Positions 40,003 to 49,726 of a DNA stretch of 64,000 bases are shown one piece after another. The notes under the pieces were generated by a model. It worked only from the letters and a program-made list of their open reading frames with translations. It did not search any database and was not told where the DNA came from. The stretch spans positions 96,001 to 160,000 of the forward strand of contig CAVXWP010000012.1 in the NCBI GenBank assembly GCA_963765495.1. The letters are read 5' to 3'. Both the position numbers and the translations under genes were made by a program. Position 1 is the stretch's first letter, and each line of letters starts with the position of its first letter. The DNA is from Blastocatellia bacterium. Its GTDB lineage: Bacteria > Acidobacteriota > Blastocatellia > UBA7656.

Positions 40003-41031
40003 TCACGCCCCTATCGACCCGCGAGTTGCGCGGCCTACCTCTTCGGCAAAATGGCAGGCGGCAAAATGACCTGGTTCGATTGCTCGCAGGTGAGGCTCCT
40101 GTTTGCATATCTCTTCGGCGAGCGGGCAGCGGGTGCGAAAGCGGCACCCTGACGGGAAATCGAGCGGGCTTGGAACCGCGCCCGGAATTACGGAAAGGAC
40201 TCTCTTGTTTTCCGTGAGAGTCGGCAGCGAACGGAAAAGCCCGTGAGTGTATGGATGTCTGGGGTGATCGAATAATTCGACGACGGGCGCGTATTCGACT
40301 ATCTTGCCGGCATACATCACGGCGACCCGTTCACAGGTTTCCGCGACCACCCCGAGATCGTGCGTAATCAACAGGACGGACATCTCAAACTCGTGTTGAA
40401 GATCATTGAGCAAATCGAGTATCTGAGCCTGAATCGTGACATCGAGCGCCGTGGTAGGCTCGTCGGCTACGAGCAGTTTAGGCTGGCATACGAGCGCCAT
40501 AGCGATCATCGCTCGCTGTTTCATGCCGCCCGATAGCTGGTGCGGATAATCATCACAGCGGGACTCAGGCGACGGGATGCCGACCCGCCCCAGCATTTCG
40601 ATGGCAATCGCGCGAGCCTCGCGGCGGGACGCCTTCCGGTGTTCGAGGATGGTCTCTATGATCTGCTGGCCGATGCTCATTATCGGGTTGAGCGAAGACA
40701 TCGGCTCCTGAAAGATCATCGAGATCATATTGCCGCGCACGCGGCGTATTTCGTCCTCATCGAGCGCAAGCAGATTCTCTCCGCGAAAACGTATCTCGCC
40801 TCCGGCATACACGGCCGGAGGCGAGGGCACGAGCTTCAGCATCGAAAAGGCTGTGACCGATTTGCCGCAACCCGATTCGCCTACAAGTCCGAGCGTTTCG
40901 CCAGAAGAGATGTGGAAACTCACTCCGTCCACGGCTTTCACGAGTCCGTCTTCCGTCTGGAAATAGACGCAAAGGTCGCTTATTTCAAGTAACGCGCCTT
41001 CGGGGTCGATGATTTCCGTATTGGCAGACAT
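40003..41031 (-). CDS. oppD: Oligopeptide/dipeptide ABC transporter ATPase (OppD/DppD-like)
   Basis: [33 protein letters not shown] motifs. Confidence 0.9.
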   Translation of the reverse strand: MSANTEIIDPEGALLEISDLCVYFQTEDGLVKAVDGVSFHISSGETLGLVGESGCGKSVTAFSMLKLVPSPPAVYAGGEIRFRGENLLALDEDEIRRVRGNMISMIFQEPMSSLNPIMSIGQQIIETILEHRKASRREARAIAIEMLGRVGIPSPESRCDDYPHQLSGGMKQRAMIAMALVCQPKLLVADEPTTALDVTIQAQILDLLNDLQHEFEMSVLLITHDLGVVAETCERVAVMYAGKIVEYAPVVELFDHPRHPYTHGLFRSLPTLTENKRVLSVIPGAVPSPLDFPSGCRFRTRCPLAEEICKQEPHLRAIEPGHFAACHFAEEVGRATRGSIGA

Positions 41032-41120
41032 TCGCTTGTGCTCCCTTTTACAAATTTCAAGATAGCGGATTTACAGACGGAAAGCCCTGATTCACATTTC
41101 AACCGATCTGCAAGAGGACG

Positions 41121-41525
41121 CTATTTATGAGGTGCGAGGATGTCGCTGGCAAGATATATCTGCTGCTGCCCCTGATCCCGCACACGGCGGGCAAGATCGG
41201 CGAGGTTCTGATTTTCGTCCGGCGTGGCGAGTTTTATAACCATAGGCAGATTGACTCCCGTGACGACTTCCACCCGGGTCTCTCCCAGAAAGCTTGCGGC
41301 GATATTCGTAGGCGTGCCGCCGAACATGTCCGTAAGCAAAAGCACGCCCTCGCCCGTATCAACCCGTTGTATGGCGCGTTCAATCTCTTCGCGGGCCACA
41401 TCAACATCGTCGTGCCAGCCTATAGAGACCGCCGTGATGTGATGGATCTCTCCGACAATCATCTCAGCCGCCGATACAAGCTCGTTGGCCAACTGCCCGT
41501 GCGTTACTATTACTCCTCCGATCAT
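41121..41525 (-). CDS. PTS mannose/fructose-type IIA component
   Basis: VIVTHG, LLTDMFGGTP.N, GVNLPM motifs. Confidence 0.92.
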   Translation of the reverse strand: MIGGVIVTHGQLANELVSAAEMIVGEIHHITAVSIGWHDDVDVAREEIERAIQRVDTGEGVLLLTDMFGGTPTNIAASFLGETRVEVVTGVNLPMVIKLATPDENQNLADLARRVRDQGQQQIYLASDILAPHK

Positions 41526-41531
41526 TGGATC

Positions 41532-41609
41532 AGTTTTGAGTTATGAGTTTTAAGTTTTGAATTAGAAGAGTCTGTTTAATTCAAAACTTAAAACTCATAA
41601 CTCATAACT
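41532..41609. repeat. Heptamer palindrome, GTTWTGA family
   Basis: 33-bp arms (41532-41564 / 41577-41609) with 1 mismatch and a 12-nt loop. Confidence 0.92.
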
Positions 41610-41613
41610 CCTT

Positions 41614-42489
41614 TCAGGCTTTGTATCGCTGCTCATCCCTGTTTATGTCGCGATGCACGACACGGGTCTTGAATCCAGCCTCGGCCAGTCGCTTATGAAT
41701 CTCTTCGGCGACCATAACCGAGCGATGACGCCCGCCCGTGCAGCCGATTCCAACCGTCAAATAGCTCTTGCCTTCGCGTTGAAAAAAGGGCAACAGATAG
41801 ATAAGCAGATCGACGAGCCTTGAGATAGTCTCTTCGACTTCGTCCTGTGATTGAAGGAATTCGATCACTGCCGGGTCGCGTCCGGTGAAGGCGCGCAACT
41901 CCGGTACGAAGTGCGGGTTTGGCAAAAACCTGACGTCAAAGAGCATATCCAGCCCGCGAGGTAACCCGTGACGAAAGCCGAACGACGTGATCGTCACAAG
42001 CATCTCCGGCGTCGCGCTCTTTTCGGCAAAGCGGTCTCTGATGGCATCGCGCAGAGTGTGAACCGTGTGTTCGGATGTATCAATGACTATATCGGCCAGT
42101 TCGCGAGTCTCTGCAAGCATCATTCGCTCCTGACCAATCGCCGCAAGCACATTCCGGTCGATCAACGGATGTGGCCTGCGCGTTTCGCTGTAACGGCGCA
42201 GCAGCACTTCATCATCCGCTTCTAAAAAGATCACCGTCACATCAATTTTTTCGTCGGCGAGCGTATCGCGAATATTTGAGAGATTCCCGAGCAGTTCACG
42301 CGAGCGCACATCGACTACGAAGGCTGTGCGGCTGATTTCGCTCGACTCTTCACACAGTCTCACAAGTGTGGGGATGAGCCGGACGGGCAGGTTATCTATT
42401 GCAAAATAGCCCAGGTCCTCAAACGTCTTGAGCGCCGAAGACATCCCCGACCCTGACACCCCGGTGATTATAACGACTGAAACTGGCAT
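41614..42489 (-). CDS. rapZ: RNase adapter RapZ (YvcJ/YhbJ)
   Basis: ITGVSGSG.S, IDNLP, ETRRPHP, SFGF.HG, DVRFLPNP, GCTGGRHRSV. Confidence 0.95.
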   Translation of the reverse strand: MPVSVVIITGVSGSGMSSALKTFEDLGYFAIDNLPVRLIPTLVRLCEESSEISRTAFVVDVRSRELLGNLSNIRDTLADEKIDVTVIFLEADDEVLLRRYSETRRPHPLIDRNVLAAIGQERMMLAETRELADIVIDTSEHTVHTLRDAIRDRFAEKSATPEMLVTITSFGFRHGLPRGLDMLFDVRFLPNPHFVPELRAFTGRDPAVIEFLQSQDEVEETISRLVDLLIYLLPFFQREGKSYLTVGIGCTGGRHRSVMVAEEIHKRLAEAGFKTRVVHRDINRDEQRYKA

Positions 42490-42490
42490 A

Positions 42491-42669
42491 AAGCTGTAAG
42501 CAGTAGCAGTAAGCAGTAGGCAGTAACCAGTCCTTTTGAAGCCATGAACTGATCCGCGTAAACCCGCATGAGACGCGTCCGTCCTGGCTTATTTCAACTC
42601 TCCCATTTATGCAGTTGCCTTTAGACTAATAAACGTCCTTACTCAACTGCCTACTGCCTACTGCCTACT
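42491..42669. repeat. Heptamer palindrome, GTARGCA family, enclosing a MITE-related fragment
   Basis: (gcagta(a/g))n left arm, (actgcct)n right arm; core 42551-42600 resembles the inner arm of the MITE. Confidence 0.8.
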
Positions 42670-42675
42670 ATCAGG

Positions 42676-43209
42676 TTAAGGTTCGATAAGGCCGAAGTTG
42701 CCGTCTTTGCGTTTATACAGGACTCCGACCTTGCTTGTTTCCGAGTCGCGAAATACGATGAACTGATCGGGCGAATCTTCCACGATCACGGCCGCTTCTT
42801 CGGGTGTCATGGGCTTTACACGGTAGCGGCGCGCAGAGATTATGCGCGGGGCTGGCGGAGCCGCCTCTATAGCGCCGCCGGGCACCGGGGCCACGTCTTT
42901 TACGGAAGCCCGCTTGCGCTTCTTGGCGTGAAATTTCTCTTTTAGCTTCAGAACCTGTTTTTTTACTTTATCGGCGGCCGTGGCGATGGATTGATTGATG
43001 TCCGTGTGCTCGCCTATGCCTCTGAAAACGTTGTCGCGCCAGTAAACGATTATCTCAGCATACATGCGGTGCTTTTCAGACGATAATATTACGTGCGCAT
43101 TCATAGGCGCGGAATCGAGCACGCGGTCGAGTTTTCCCAATTCCTTTCGAGTCAGTTTTTCGATTGCCGGGGTGACCTGTATATGTCGTCCGGTAAATTC
43201 AAATTCCAT
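42676..43209 (-). CDS. hpf: Ribosome hibernation promoting factor (long HPF/RaiA)
   Basis: TGRHI.VT.AI N-terminus; KPMTPEEA...F..FR....VLY.RKDG.FGLIEP C-terminal domain; GGGAG RBS. Confidence 0.92.
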   Translation of the reverse strand: MEFEFTGRHIQVTPAIEKLTRKELGKLDRVLDSAPMNAHVILSSEKHRMYAEIIVYWRDNVFRGIGEHTDINQSIATAADKVKKQVLKLKEKFHAKKRKRASVKDVAPVPGGAIEAAPPAPRIISARRYRVKPMTPEEAAVIVEDSPDQFIVFRDSETSKVGVLYKRKDGNFGLIEP

Positions 43210-43335
43210 CTTTCGTCTCCCAGAAAAAAGTCTATATGAAAAGTGACTGCCGGAGTGGCCCTTATGATAAAGCCGGTTTAGCCTCGGCGGGCGGCCTTTG
43301 GCATAAAGCAAGGGCGAGAGGCCGGCAGATACAGA

Positions 43336-44886
43336 TCAGACGATGGCGCGGCGCTCCCTGGAACCGGGTATATTCATCTGGTCGCGGTACTTGGCTACGG
43401 TGCGGCGACTCATCTTTACGCCCTCCCTGGCCAGGCGCTTGGCGATCTCATCATCCGTAAGGGGGTGGTGTGAATCTTCGGCTTCAATCATCTTCTTTAT
43501 TTGCAGTTTGAGCACGCGAGTAGAGACATCTTCTCCCGTGTCTGACTTCATGCCTTCGGTAAAGAATCGGCGCAACTCATAGACGCCCTGCGGCGTGTTG
43601 ACATATTTGCGATTCACGACGCGCGAGACCGTGCTCAGGTGCATCCCGATGTCTTCGGCCACATCTTTGAGCATCATGGGTCTGAGGTGTTCTATGCCGT
43701 GATCGAGAAATTCGTGCTGACGTTCGACTATAGACTGGCACACGCGATAGATCGTCTGACGCCGATGCTCGATATTCTTGAGCAAATCGACTGCCGAGCG
43801 GAACCGCTCCTTTATGTAATCGCGCGTCTCTTTAGAAGAGTCTTTCGATTCCATCATCTGCCGGTATGTTTTATTGATTCGCAGATGCGGCATGCCGTCA
43901 TCCTCAAAGCGGATAACGTAATCGTCGCCTACTTTTTCGATTGTGACTTCCGGGACGACGGGCTGCGCCTCTTCGGCTGAAAATTTGCGGCCCGGTTTTG
44001 GGTCGAGTTTCTTGATGATCTCCATCTCTTCAAGAATCTCTTCGACCGAGACGCCGAGATTTTTGGCAAGCTCGGGCAGCTTGTGTGTTTGCAGGCTCTC
44101 CAGATGTTCGCGAACCATCACGGTCGCCAATCGATCAGCAAAGCCGTAATAGTCGAGCTGGATCAACAAAGATTCGCGCACATCTCTTGCGGCGACTCCC
44201 ACGGGGTCCAGACGCTGGATTATGTGGAGCGCGTGCTCGACCACCTCGACCGGCCACGGTCCCATCGCGGCTATCTCTTCGACGGTCGCGTCGAGGAATC
44301 CTGTGTTTTCATCGAGGTTGCCGATTATGGCTTCGCCCGCCGCGCGCACATCATCCGAGATGTCAGTCAGATGAAGCTGCCAGATCAGTTGCTCGTAAAG
44401 AGACTGGGACCGCGTGAGCATGTTTTCGAATGAAACGTCGTCCTTAAACTCGTACTCGTGTGTCTTATAGCCGGGGTCGAGGTACTCTTCAAACGTAGAG
44501 CCGAAATCTATCTCTTCAAATGAATCCCGCTCGCGCTCAGGTTCGGTGTCGCCCGCGTCCTGACTTGCCGAGGTGCCGTCGGTCTGCGCCTGAGTTTCGG
44601 CGCGAGATTCACTGGCAGAATCGGGTTCGGATTTGGTTCGGTCGGCGGCTGTGTGGTCGGCGGTTGTGGCATCGATGGTTGCCAGATCATCGCTCAGCGA
44701 TGAGTGTTCGTCGCCGGATTCGCCCGGTGCCAGTTCTTCGAGGATGGGGTTTGCGGCAAGCTCTGTCGTTACCATGTCGGACAGTTCGAGCTTGGTCATC
44801 GCCAGCAGCTCGATGCGCTGCCGCATCTGCGGAGTTAATACCAATCGTTGCGAAAGACTTGTTTGAAGATGTGGCTTGACCGACAT
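43336..44886 (-). CDS. rpoN: RNA polymerase sigma-54 factor
   Basis: Region I ([12 protein letters not shown]), HLSTVSR HTH, RpoN box SRRTVAKYR. Confidence 0.97.
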   Translation of the reverse strand: MSVKPHLQTSLSQRLVLTPQMRQRIELLAMTKLELSDMVTTELAANPILEELAPGESGDEHSSLSDDLATIDATTADHTAADRTKSEPDSASESRAETQAQTDGTSASQDAGDTEPERERDSFEEIDFGSTFEEYLDPGYKTHEYEFKDDVSFENMLTRSQSLYEQLIWQLHLTDISDDVRAAGEAIIGNLDENTGFLDATVEEIAAMGPWPVEVVEHALHIIQRLDPVGVAARDVRESLLIQLDYYGFADRLATVMVREHLESLQTHKLPELAKNLGVSVEEILEEMEIIKKLDPKPGRKFSAEEAQPVVPEVTIEKVGDDYVIRFEDDGMPHLRINKTYRQMMESKDSSKETRDYIKERFRSAVDLLKNIEHRRQTIYRVCQSIVERQHEFLDHGIEHLRPMMLKDVAEDIGMHLSTVSRVVNRKYVNTPQGVYELRRFFTEGMKSDTGEDVSTRVLKLQIKKMIEAEDSHHPLTDDEIAKRLAREGVKMSRRTVAKYRDQMNIPGSRERRAIV

Positions 44887-44893
44887 AATTAAA

Positions 44894-44974
44894 TCAGTGG
44901 TCGGTGGTCAGTGGTCGGTGGTCAGTAATTTAATACCGGAACTACCGGCCACTGACCATCGGCCACCGATCACC
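44894..44974. repeat. Heptamer palindrome, GTGGTCR family
   Basis: tcagtggtcggtggtcagtggtcggtggtcagt ... actaccggccactgaccatcggccaccgatcacc. Confidence 0.85.
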
Positions 44975-44979
44975 GCCAT

Positions 44980-45789
44980 TCACATTCTGAAATTCTCCCC
45001 AAGATACACTCGTTTGACTTCCTCATCGCGCGTCAGCTCATCGGGCGTCCCCGCGCGAAATATGCGCCCGTCGTTTATTATATACGCTCTGTCCGTTATG
45101 GCCAGAGTCTCTCGCACATTATGATCGGTTATCAACACCCCGATCCCGCGCGCGCGAAGCTTTTGCTGAATGCGTTGTATATCAATAACGGCTATCGGGT
45201 CAATGCCCGCGAAAGGCTCGTCGAGCAAAATAAATCTGGGCTCGATCACCAGACAGCGAGCGATCTCCGTGCGCCTGCGCTCCCCGCCCGAAAGCTGGTA
45301 CGCTTTGGTATGACGCACGTAAGCGATGTCGAGTTCGTCGAGCAATATCTCAAGCCGATGTTCGCGCTCGCGTTTCGTGAGCGGGAGGGTCTGGAGCACA
45401 AGCAATATATTTTCTTCCACCGAAAGCTTGCGAAAAACCGACGCTTCCTGTGGCAGATAGCTTATGCCGTTACGGGCGCGCAGGTACATCGGAAGGCGCG
45501 AAATATCCTGTGAATCGAGGTATATCTTGCCCGCGTCCGGGCGCTCGAGCCCCACTATCATTGCAAAGATCGTTGTCTTGCCTGCACCGTTCGGCCCAAG
45601 CAACCCGACAATTTCACCCTGTCTTATCTGAAGCGATACGTCGTTGACGACGGCGCGCTTGCGATAAGACTTCATCAATCTCTCTACGCCGAGAATACTC
45701 GTTTCTTGTAAGGGAATTTTTGCGCTAAGGTCAGGCTGGGGCTGATTGGCGCTTTCGGTTGCTGATTCGATCAAAGAGACATCCTCCAT
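44980..45789 (-). CDS. lptB: LPS export ABC transporter ATPase
   Basis: [53 protein letters not shown]; upstream of rpoN. Confidence 0.96.
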   Translation of the reverse strand: MEDVSLIESATESANQPQPDLSAKIPLQETSILGVERLMKSYRKRAVVNDVSLQIRQGEIVGLLGPNGAGKTTIFAMIVGLERPDAGKIYLDSQDISRLPMYLRARNGISYLPQEASVFRKLSVEENILLVLQTLPLTKREREHRLEILLDELDIAYVRHTKAYQLSGGERRRTEIARCLVIEPRFILLDEPFAGIDPIAVIDIQRIQQKLRARGIGVLITDHNVRETLAITDRAYIINDGRIFRAGTPDELTRDEEVKRVYLGENFRM

Positions 45790-45803
45790 TATCTGCTGTG
45801 CCT

Positions 45804-48317
45804 CTACTCTCTCTGCTCTTTCGCCAGGCGATGAGTTGATCGAACGCGCCCTGTGCCCTGATTTTCGACGAAAATCTTATCATCGTGACTATACAAAGTC
45901 AATTGAGCGCCTATGGTCGTACCCTGCTCATCCGAATCAACTCTCGCGTTTTTCCCGGTCAAAACCGCCCGCCCATCGTCGGCAGTGTAATTGAGCTTAT
46001 CGCCTGTTCCCCGGCGTCCCGGCTGAGTCATCACTACGTCGCCCGTGGCAATCAGGTGATCTATCTCATTGGTTTCCTGCTTGAGGTACGAGTCAATAGA
46101 TGCGGCGTCAATTCGATCCGTGCCCTGTCGCGCCTTTACCTTGCCGTCGTAGTGGACGAGTCGTTCTTTGTCGGAGTAAGTCATGCGCTCTGCGGAGGCA
46201 AAGCCCGGCACGACTTCGTGTTTGCCGGGCTCGGCTTCACGATTGACTTTGTAGAGCGCGCTATCGACATTGCCCGTGGCAATCATCTTTTTCTCTTCCT
46301 GATAAAGTTCTATCCGGTCGGCCTTCACAAAATTGTCATCCTGCCATGCGCGGGCATTTATAGTGTATACCGCGATGCCGTCCTGATTGCGCAGGTCTGC
46401 GCGCTCGGCCGTTATGAAGACGGGCGATTTGGAGTTGCTGAAAGGAGTCGCATCATTTGTTGCCTCCCGATTGTAGTAAGTTGTGCGCACATCGCCGCGC
46501 CCGTGGGTTTCATCTTTCGCCCGGTCGTAATCAATCTCGTCGGCCTGCGTTCGCGCCTTTGCGTCCCACGCTACGGGGCGCTTGCCTCGCAGCTCAAGAA
46601 ACTCTTTCTGGTCGTCGTAGACGGCCCGGTCGGCGAGGGCGTTGCGGTCCCCTTCGTTGTATTTGAAATCGCCTTCCTGTGATATCTGCGACAGGTCTTG
46701 AGAATCGGGAAGAAAATTAGCCGTAAGCTCCCGGCTTGTCGTAACGCGAGGAGGATGCGTGTTTGCTACAAGCGATTCCACCTCTACTTTAACCCCTCCC
46801 GTGGCGTTGAATGTTTTGAGGCGACCGCCCTCTTCATAGAAATCTCCGGTCATAGAGGGAGCGTGAATAGTCTTTTTGTCAGCGCCCGCAACTGCCCGAA
46901 CCGGCGTGACGATCATCACCGCGTTGTCGTGCGCTACGGCGGTCTGAATGTTTCGCCCGTCGGGATAGAACTGCAATGTCACGTTGTCAGCCATCAACTC
47001 CCGGTTCGCAGGATTGTCCCGGTCGTTTGTGGGCGGCGGAGCGTGAACATAGACCGAAGCGCCGCCCTGGCCTACGAGCGTGTCGATACCGTTGCCTTGC
47101 TCGCCTTCGGCAAATTTAGCTTCGATGTTTTGCGCGCGGGCTTCTCTGAGCGGGTCGGGCCCGAGCGAGCGCGCGTAAGCGTTGCCTGTGGCCACGGCGC
47201 GAGACAGTTGATGATCGTCTCCGAAGAAGAAATCCATATCCGTAGACTTGATCTCGGCCTTGTCTTCCTGTTTGAGGTAAGAGTTGGTCCGCGCTTCTAT
47301 GCGCTCGATCTTGTTCGCATCATCCAGATAGCTGACCATGTGATCGGCGCGCATCTCGTCTGTGCCCTGATCGACTATGACGTTCGTGTCAAAGGTGGCG
47401 CGGTGCTCTTTCTTTTCAAGCAAAGCGGTCTGACAGCGAATATGCGTAGGTTTTTTTGGGGCGGACGGCCCGGCGGTTGAGTTTTGAGTTTTGAGTTTTG
47501 AGTTTTGAGTTTTGAGTTTTGAGTTTTGAGTTTTGAGTTTTGAGTTTTGAGTTTTCTGGTTTTGAGTTTGATTTTTCGATTTTTTAGCTGCCGATTCTTT
47601 GTTCTTCGATTGCTTGGCGAGTTTGCGCGCGCGCTTGCGAGCCTTGCGCGCCGCTTTCTCTTCCGGTGTTTCGTTTCGCTTCTTTTCGGCCTTGTCGCCT
47701 TTGTTCCCTGCTGCCCGAGGCTTGCCGTCCCCGTCCTTTTCGGGCTTGATGGTCAGGTCAACGTCTTTGAGCAGGTGAATACGTTCATCGGTCGCTTCGA
47801 TCAGCATCCCGGTCGAGCGGCCCGCGAGCTTTGGACCCTCGAATTCCACCAGTTCATTGCTGTCAACTGTGTTCTTTTGCTGATCGTAATGAAGGTAAGC
47901 GGTCTTGATGATCATCTCTTCGGTAGTCTCTACCACCACATTAGAGATAAACTCCGCGTCGAGCTTATTGAGGTCCGCAGGGTCACTCACTTTGGCGCGG
48001 TCGGCTGTGACTATATCTTTGCGAGTGCCTGCCGTGCCGTGAGATTCCAGCCTCACCTGTTCAAGCTCGTGCGTGCCGTCTTCGTAAGTCTTGTCTACGC
48101 CCGCCGTCAGGAGGAAACGCACCTGGCCTTCGACTTCGTGGGCGTAGCGGGTATTGTTAAAGACCGCCACCACTCGCCCCTGCAATTTTGGAGTGCTCTG
48201 ATCGGCATGAGGGCGATTGTCACGCACTTTGAGATAGACAACGAGCGCCACGGCTATCGATACGAAAAGCCCCAGCGCCGCCAGCTTGCCTGCCGATAAT
48301 AATTTGGTCCTAAACAT
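45804..48317 (-). CDS. Large LptC/LptA(OstA)-like multi-jellyroll LPS transport protein
   Basis: N-terminal TM anchor, repeated beta-rich OstA-like segments (A.GNV, G.V...QG), position directly upstream of lptB. Confidence 0.8.
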   Translation of the reverse strand: MFRTKLLSAGKLAALGLFVSIAVALVVYLKVRDNRPHADQSTPKLQGRVVAVFNNTRYAHEVEGQVRFLLTAGVDKTYEDGTHELEQVRLESHGTAGTRKDIVTADRAKVSDPADLNKLDAEFISNVVVETTEEMIIKTAYLHYDQQKNTVDSNELVEFEGPKLAGRSTGMLIEATDERIHLLKDVDLTIKPEKDGDGKPRAAGNKGDKAEKKRNETPEEKAARKARKRARKLAKQSKNKESAAKKSKNQTQNQKTQNSKLKTQNSKLKTQNSKLKTQNSTAGPSAPKKPTHIRCQTALLEKKEHRATFDTNVIVDQGTDEMRADHMVSYLDDANKIERIEARTNSYLKQEDKAEIKSTDMDFFFGDDHQLSRAVATGNAYARSLGPDPLREARAQNIEAKFAEGEQGNGIDTLVGQGGASVYVHAPPPTNDRDNPANRELMADNVTLQFYPDGRNIQTAVAHDNAVMIVTPVRAVAGADKKTIHAPSMTGDFYEEGGRLKTFNATGGVKVEVESLVANTHPPRVTTSRELTANFLPDSQDLSQISQEGDFKYNEGDRNALADRAVYDDQKEFLELRGKRPVAWDAKARTQADEIDYDRAKDETHGRGDVRTTYYNREATNDATPFSNSKSPVFITAERADLRNQDGIAVYTINARAWQDDNFVKADRIELYQEEKKMIATGNVDSALYKVNREAEPGKHEVVPGFASAERMTYSDKERLVHYDGKVKARQGTDRIDAASIDSYLKQETNEIDHLIATGDVVMTQPGRRGTGDKLNYTADDGRAVLTGKNARVDSDEQGTTIGAQLTLYSHDDKIFVENQGTGRVRSTHRLAKEQRE
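47477..47553. repeat. Eleven perfect copies of TTGAGTT inside the lptC/lptA-like CDS
   Basis: Counted directly; encodes (KTQNSKL)3-KTQNS. Confidence 0.95.
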
Positions 48318-48496
48318 AAAATTTCGAAACCTGCCGCGCGTGCAAAACAATCTGCGGCGCGATTTGCGCGCAAGTAAGATTCTTACATGTCAGATGAACA
48401 GGTGTCGAATTTAAATCATACGGCAATGAATTGGTACATCGTACGTAAGAGAAGTGTCGGATTTTTTTGACAGAACTAACGGGATTTACAAGATTT

Positions 48497-49582
48497 TTAA
48501 CTGCGCCAGCGCAAGGTCACGGTTTCCGAGATAGGATGTGTCATCTGCCCGCCGTTGCGCAGAGAGTCAAGATAAGCTGCCTTTAACTGAAAGTACCACC
48601 TTGCAGGGCGGTCTGCGTCATCAATGAGCAGCATCGCAGGGTTGTGTTTCAAACCTGCCGCCTGTTTCTCCATGGTCTGCTGGTCCTGGCGCAAAAATTT
48701 CTTTGCAAACAGGCGAAAGATCGACACTACGAAAGGCATTCGCGGGAAGAGATTCCACGCGGCGCAAAAATCTATGCGGCAATGATCGCTTCTGACAGGC
48801 GTCACAACTGCTCGACTGGAAAACCAGTAAGGCCCACAATGAATCTGTTCGAGGCGCATGTTTGGCAGCACAAATTCTATTGTGCTCGTGATCGGATGAC
48901 CGTAGACGCGCAACAGCTTGTAGGGCGCGCTGTTGGCCGACGGCGCGTGCGCGCGCATGCGAAACCCGTTTGGGATAGGTTCGAATACCTTCTCTTTTTC
49001 GTGAATGCTGCGCCGGCTTCTCCACCACCACGAGCGGTGAACAAACGGCCCGTGAGCCGGGTCCATCAATCCTATGATTCCATGATCTATATTGCAGGGC
49101 AGTTCCGCCGATAGATGGACAAGATTATAGCGGGGGCTGAATACTGGGAGGCGCGGCGCGGGCGGCGCATCTTTTGTTGAGCGCGGGCCCGGCAAGTAAA
49201 CCCAGATGTAACCGTCCTGCTCTTCACAGGGGAAGCTCTCGGCAAAGATGCGTTCGACTTTGAGCCTTGAATCAGAAGCGAGCGAGGGTATGTCTCGGCA
49301 TTGTCCCGTAGCGGCATCAAAGCGCCAGCCGTGATAACAGCATTCAATCAGTTTGCCGTCGAAATTCCCGCAGGAAAGAGGTATGCCCCGGTGTGGGCAG
49401 CTATCGCGCAGGGCGAATGCGCGTCCTTCGGCGTCACGGCCTACGACGAGCGGCACCCCAAGCAGCATGGCCGTTTTCAGCTTTTTGCCGTGCACTTGAG
49501 TGCTGCGAAGTGCCGTATACCAGAATCCCGGAAGCATTTCGCAATCTGGAGTGCTTGTCGTTTTGGATGCCGCGTCACTCAT
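48497..49582 (-). CDS. Rieske non-heme iron oxygenase alpha subunit (VanA-like)
   Basis: CPHRG...CCYHGW Rieske motif; DPAH..FVH and QD iron ligands. Confidence 0.88.
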   Translation of the reverse strand: MSDAASKTTSTPDCEMLPGFWYTALRSTQVHGKKLKTAMLLGVPLVVGRDAEGRAFALRDSCPHRGIPLSCGNFDGKLIECCYHGWRFDAATGQCRDIPSLASDSRLKVERIFAESFPCEEQDGYIWVYLPGPRSTKDAPPAPRLPVFSPRYNLVHLSAELPCNIDHGIIGLMDPAHGPFVHRSWWWRSRRSIHEKEKVFEPIPNGFRMRAHAPSANSAPYKLLRVYGHPITSTIEFVLPNMRLEQIHCGPYWFSSRAVVTPVRSDHCRIDFCAAWNLFPRMPFVVSIFRLFAKKFLRQDQQTMEKQAAGLKHNPAMLLIDDADRPARWYFQLKAAYLDSLRNGGQMTHPISETVTLRWRS

Positions 49583-49726
49583 GAAAAAACAATCATAACC
49601 TCTGAATTACCCGCCTGCCTCTCTAATCCTACCTCTCTAATAAGGGGCCGATGAGCAAAATCGAGCGAGCGATATATCGCTCACTCTGTCAAAAGCTAAA
49701 AGTGATAGCCGGTCTGCCGGATCAAA

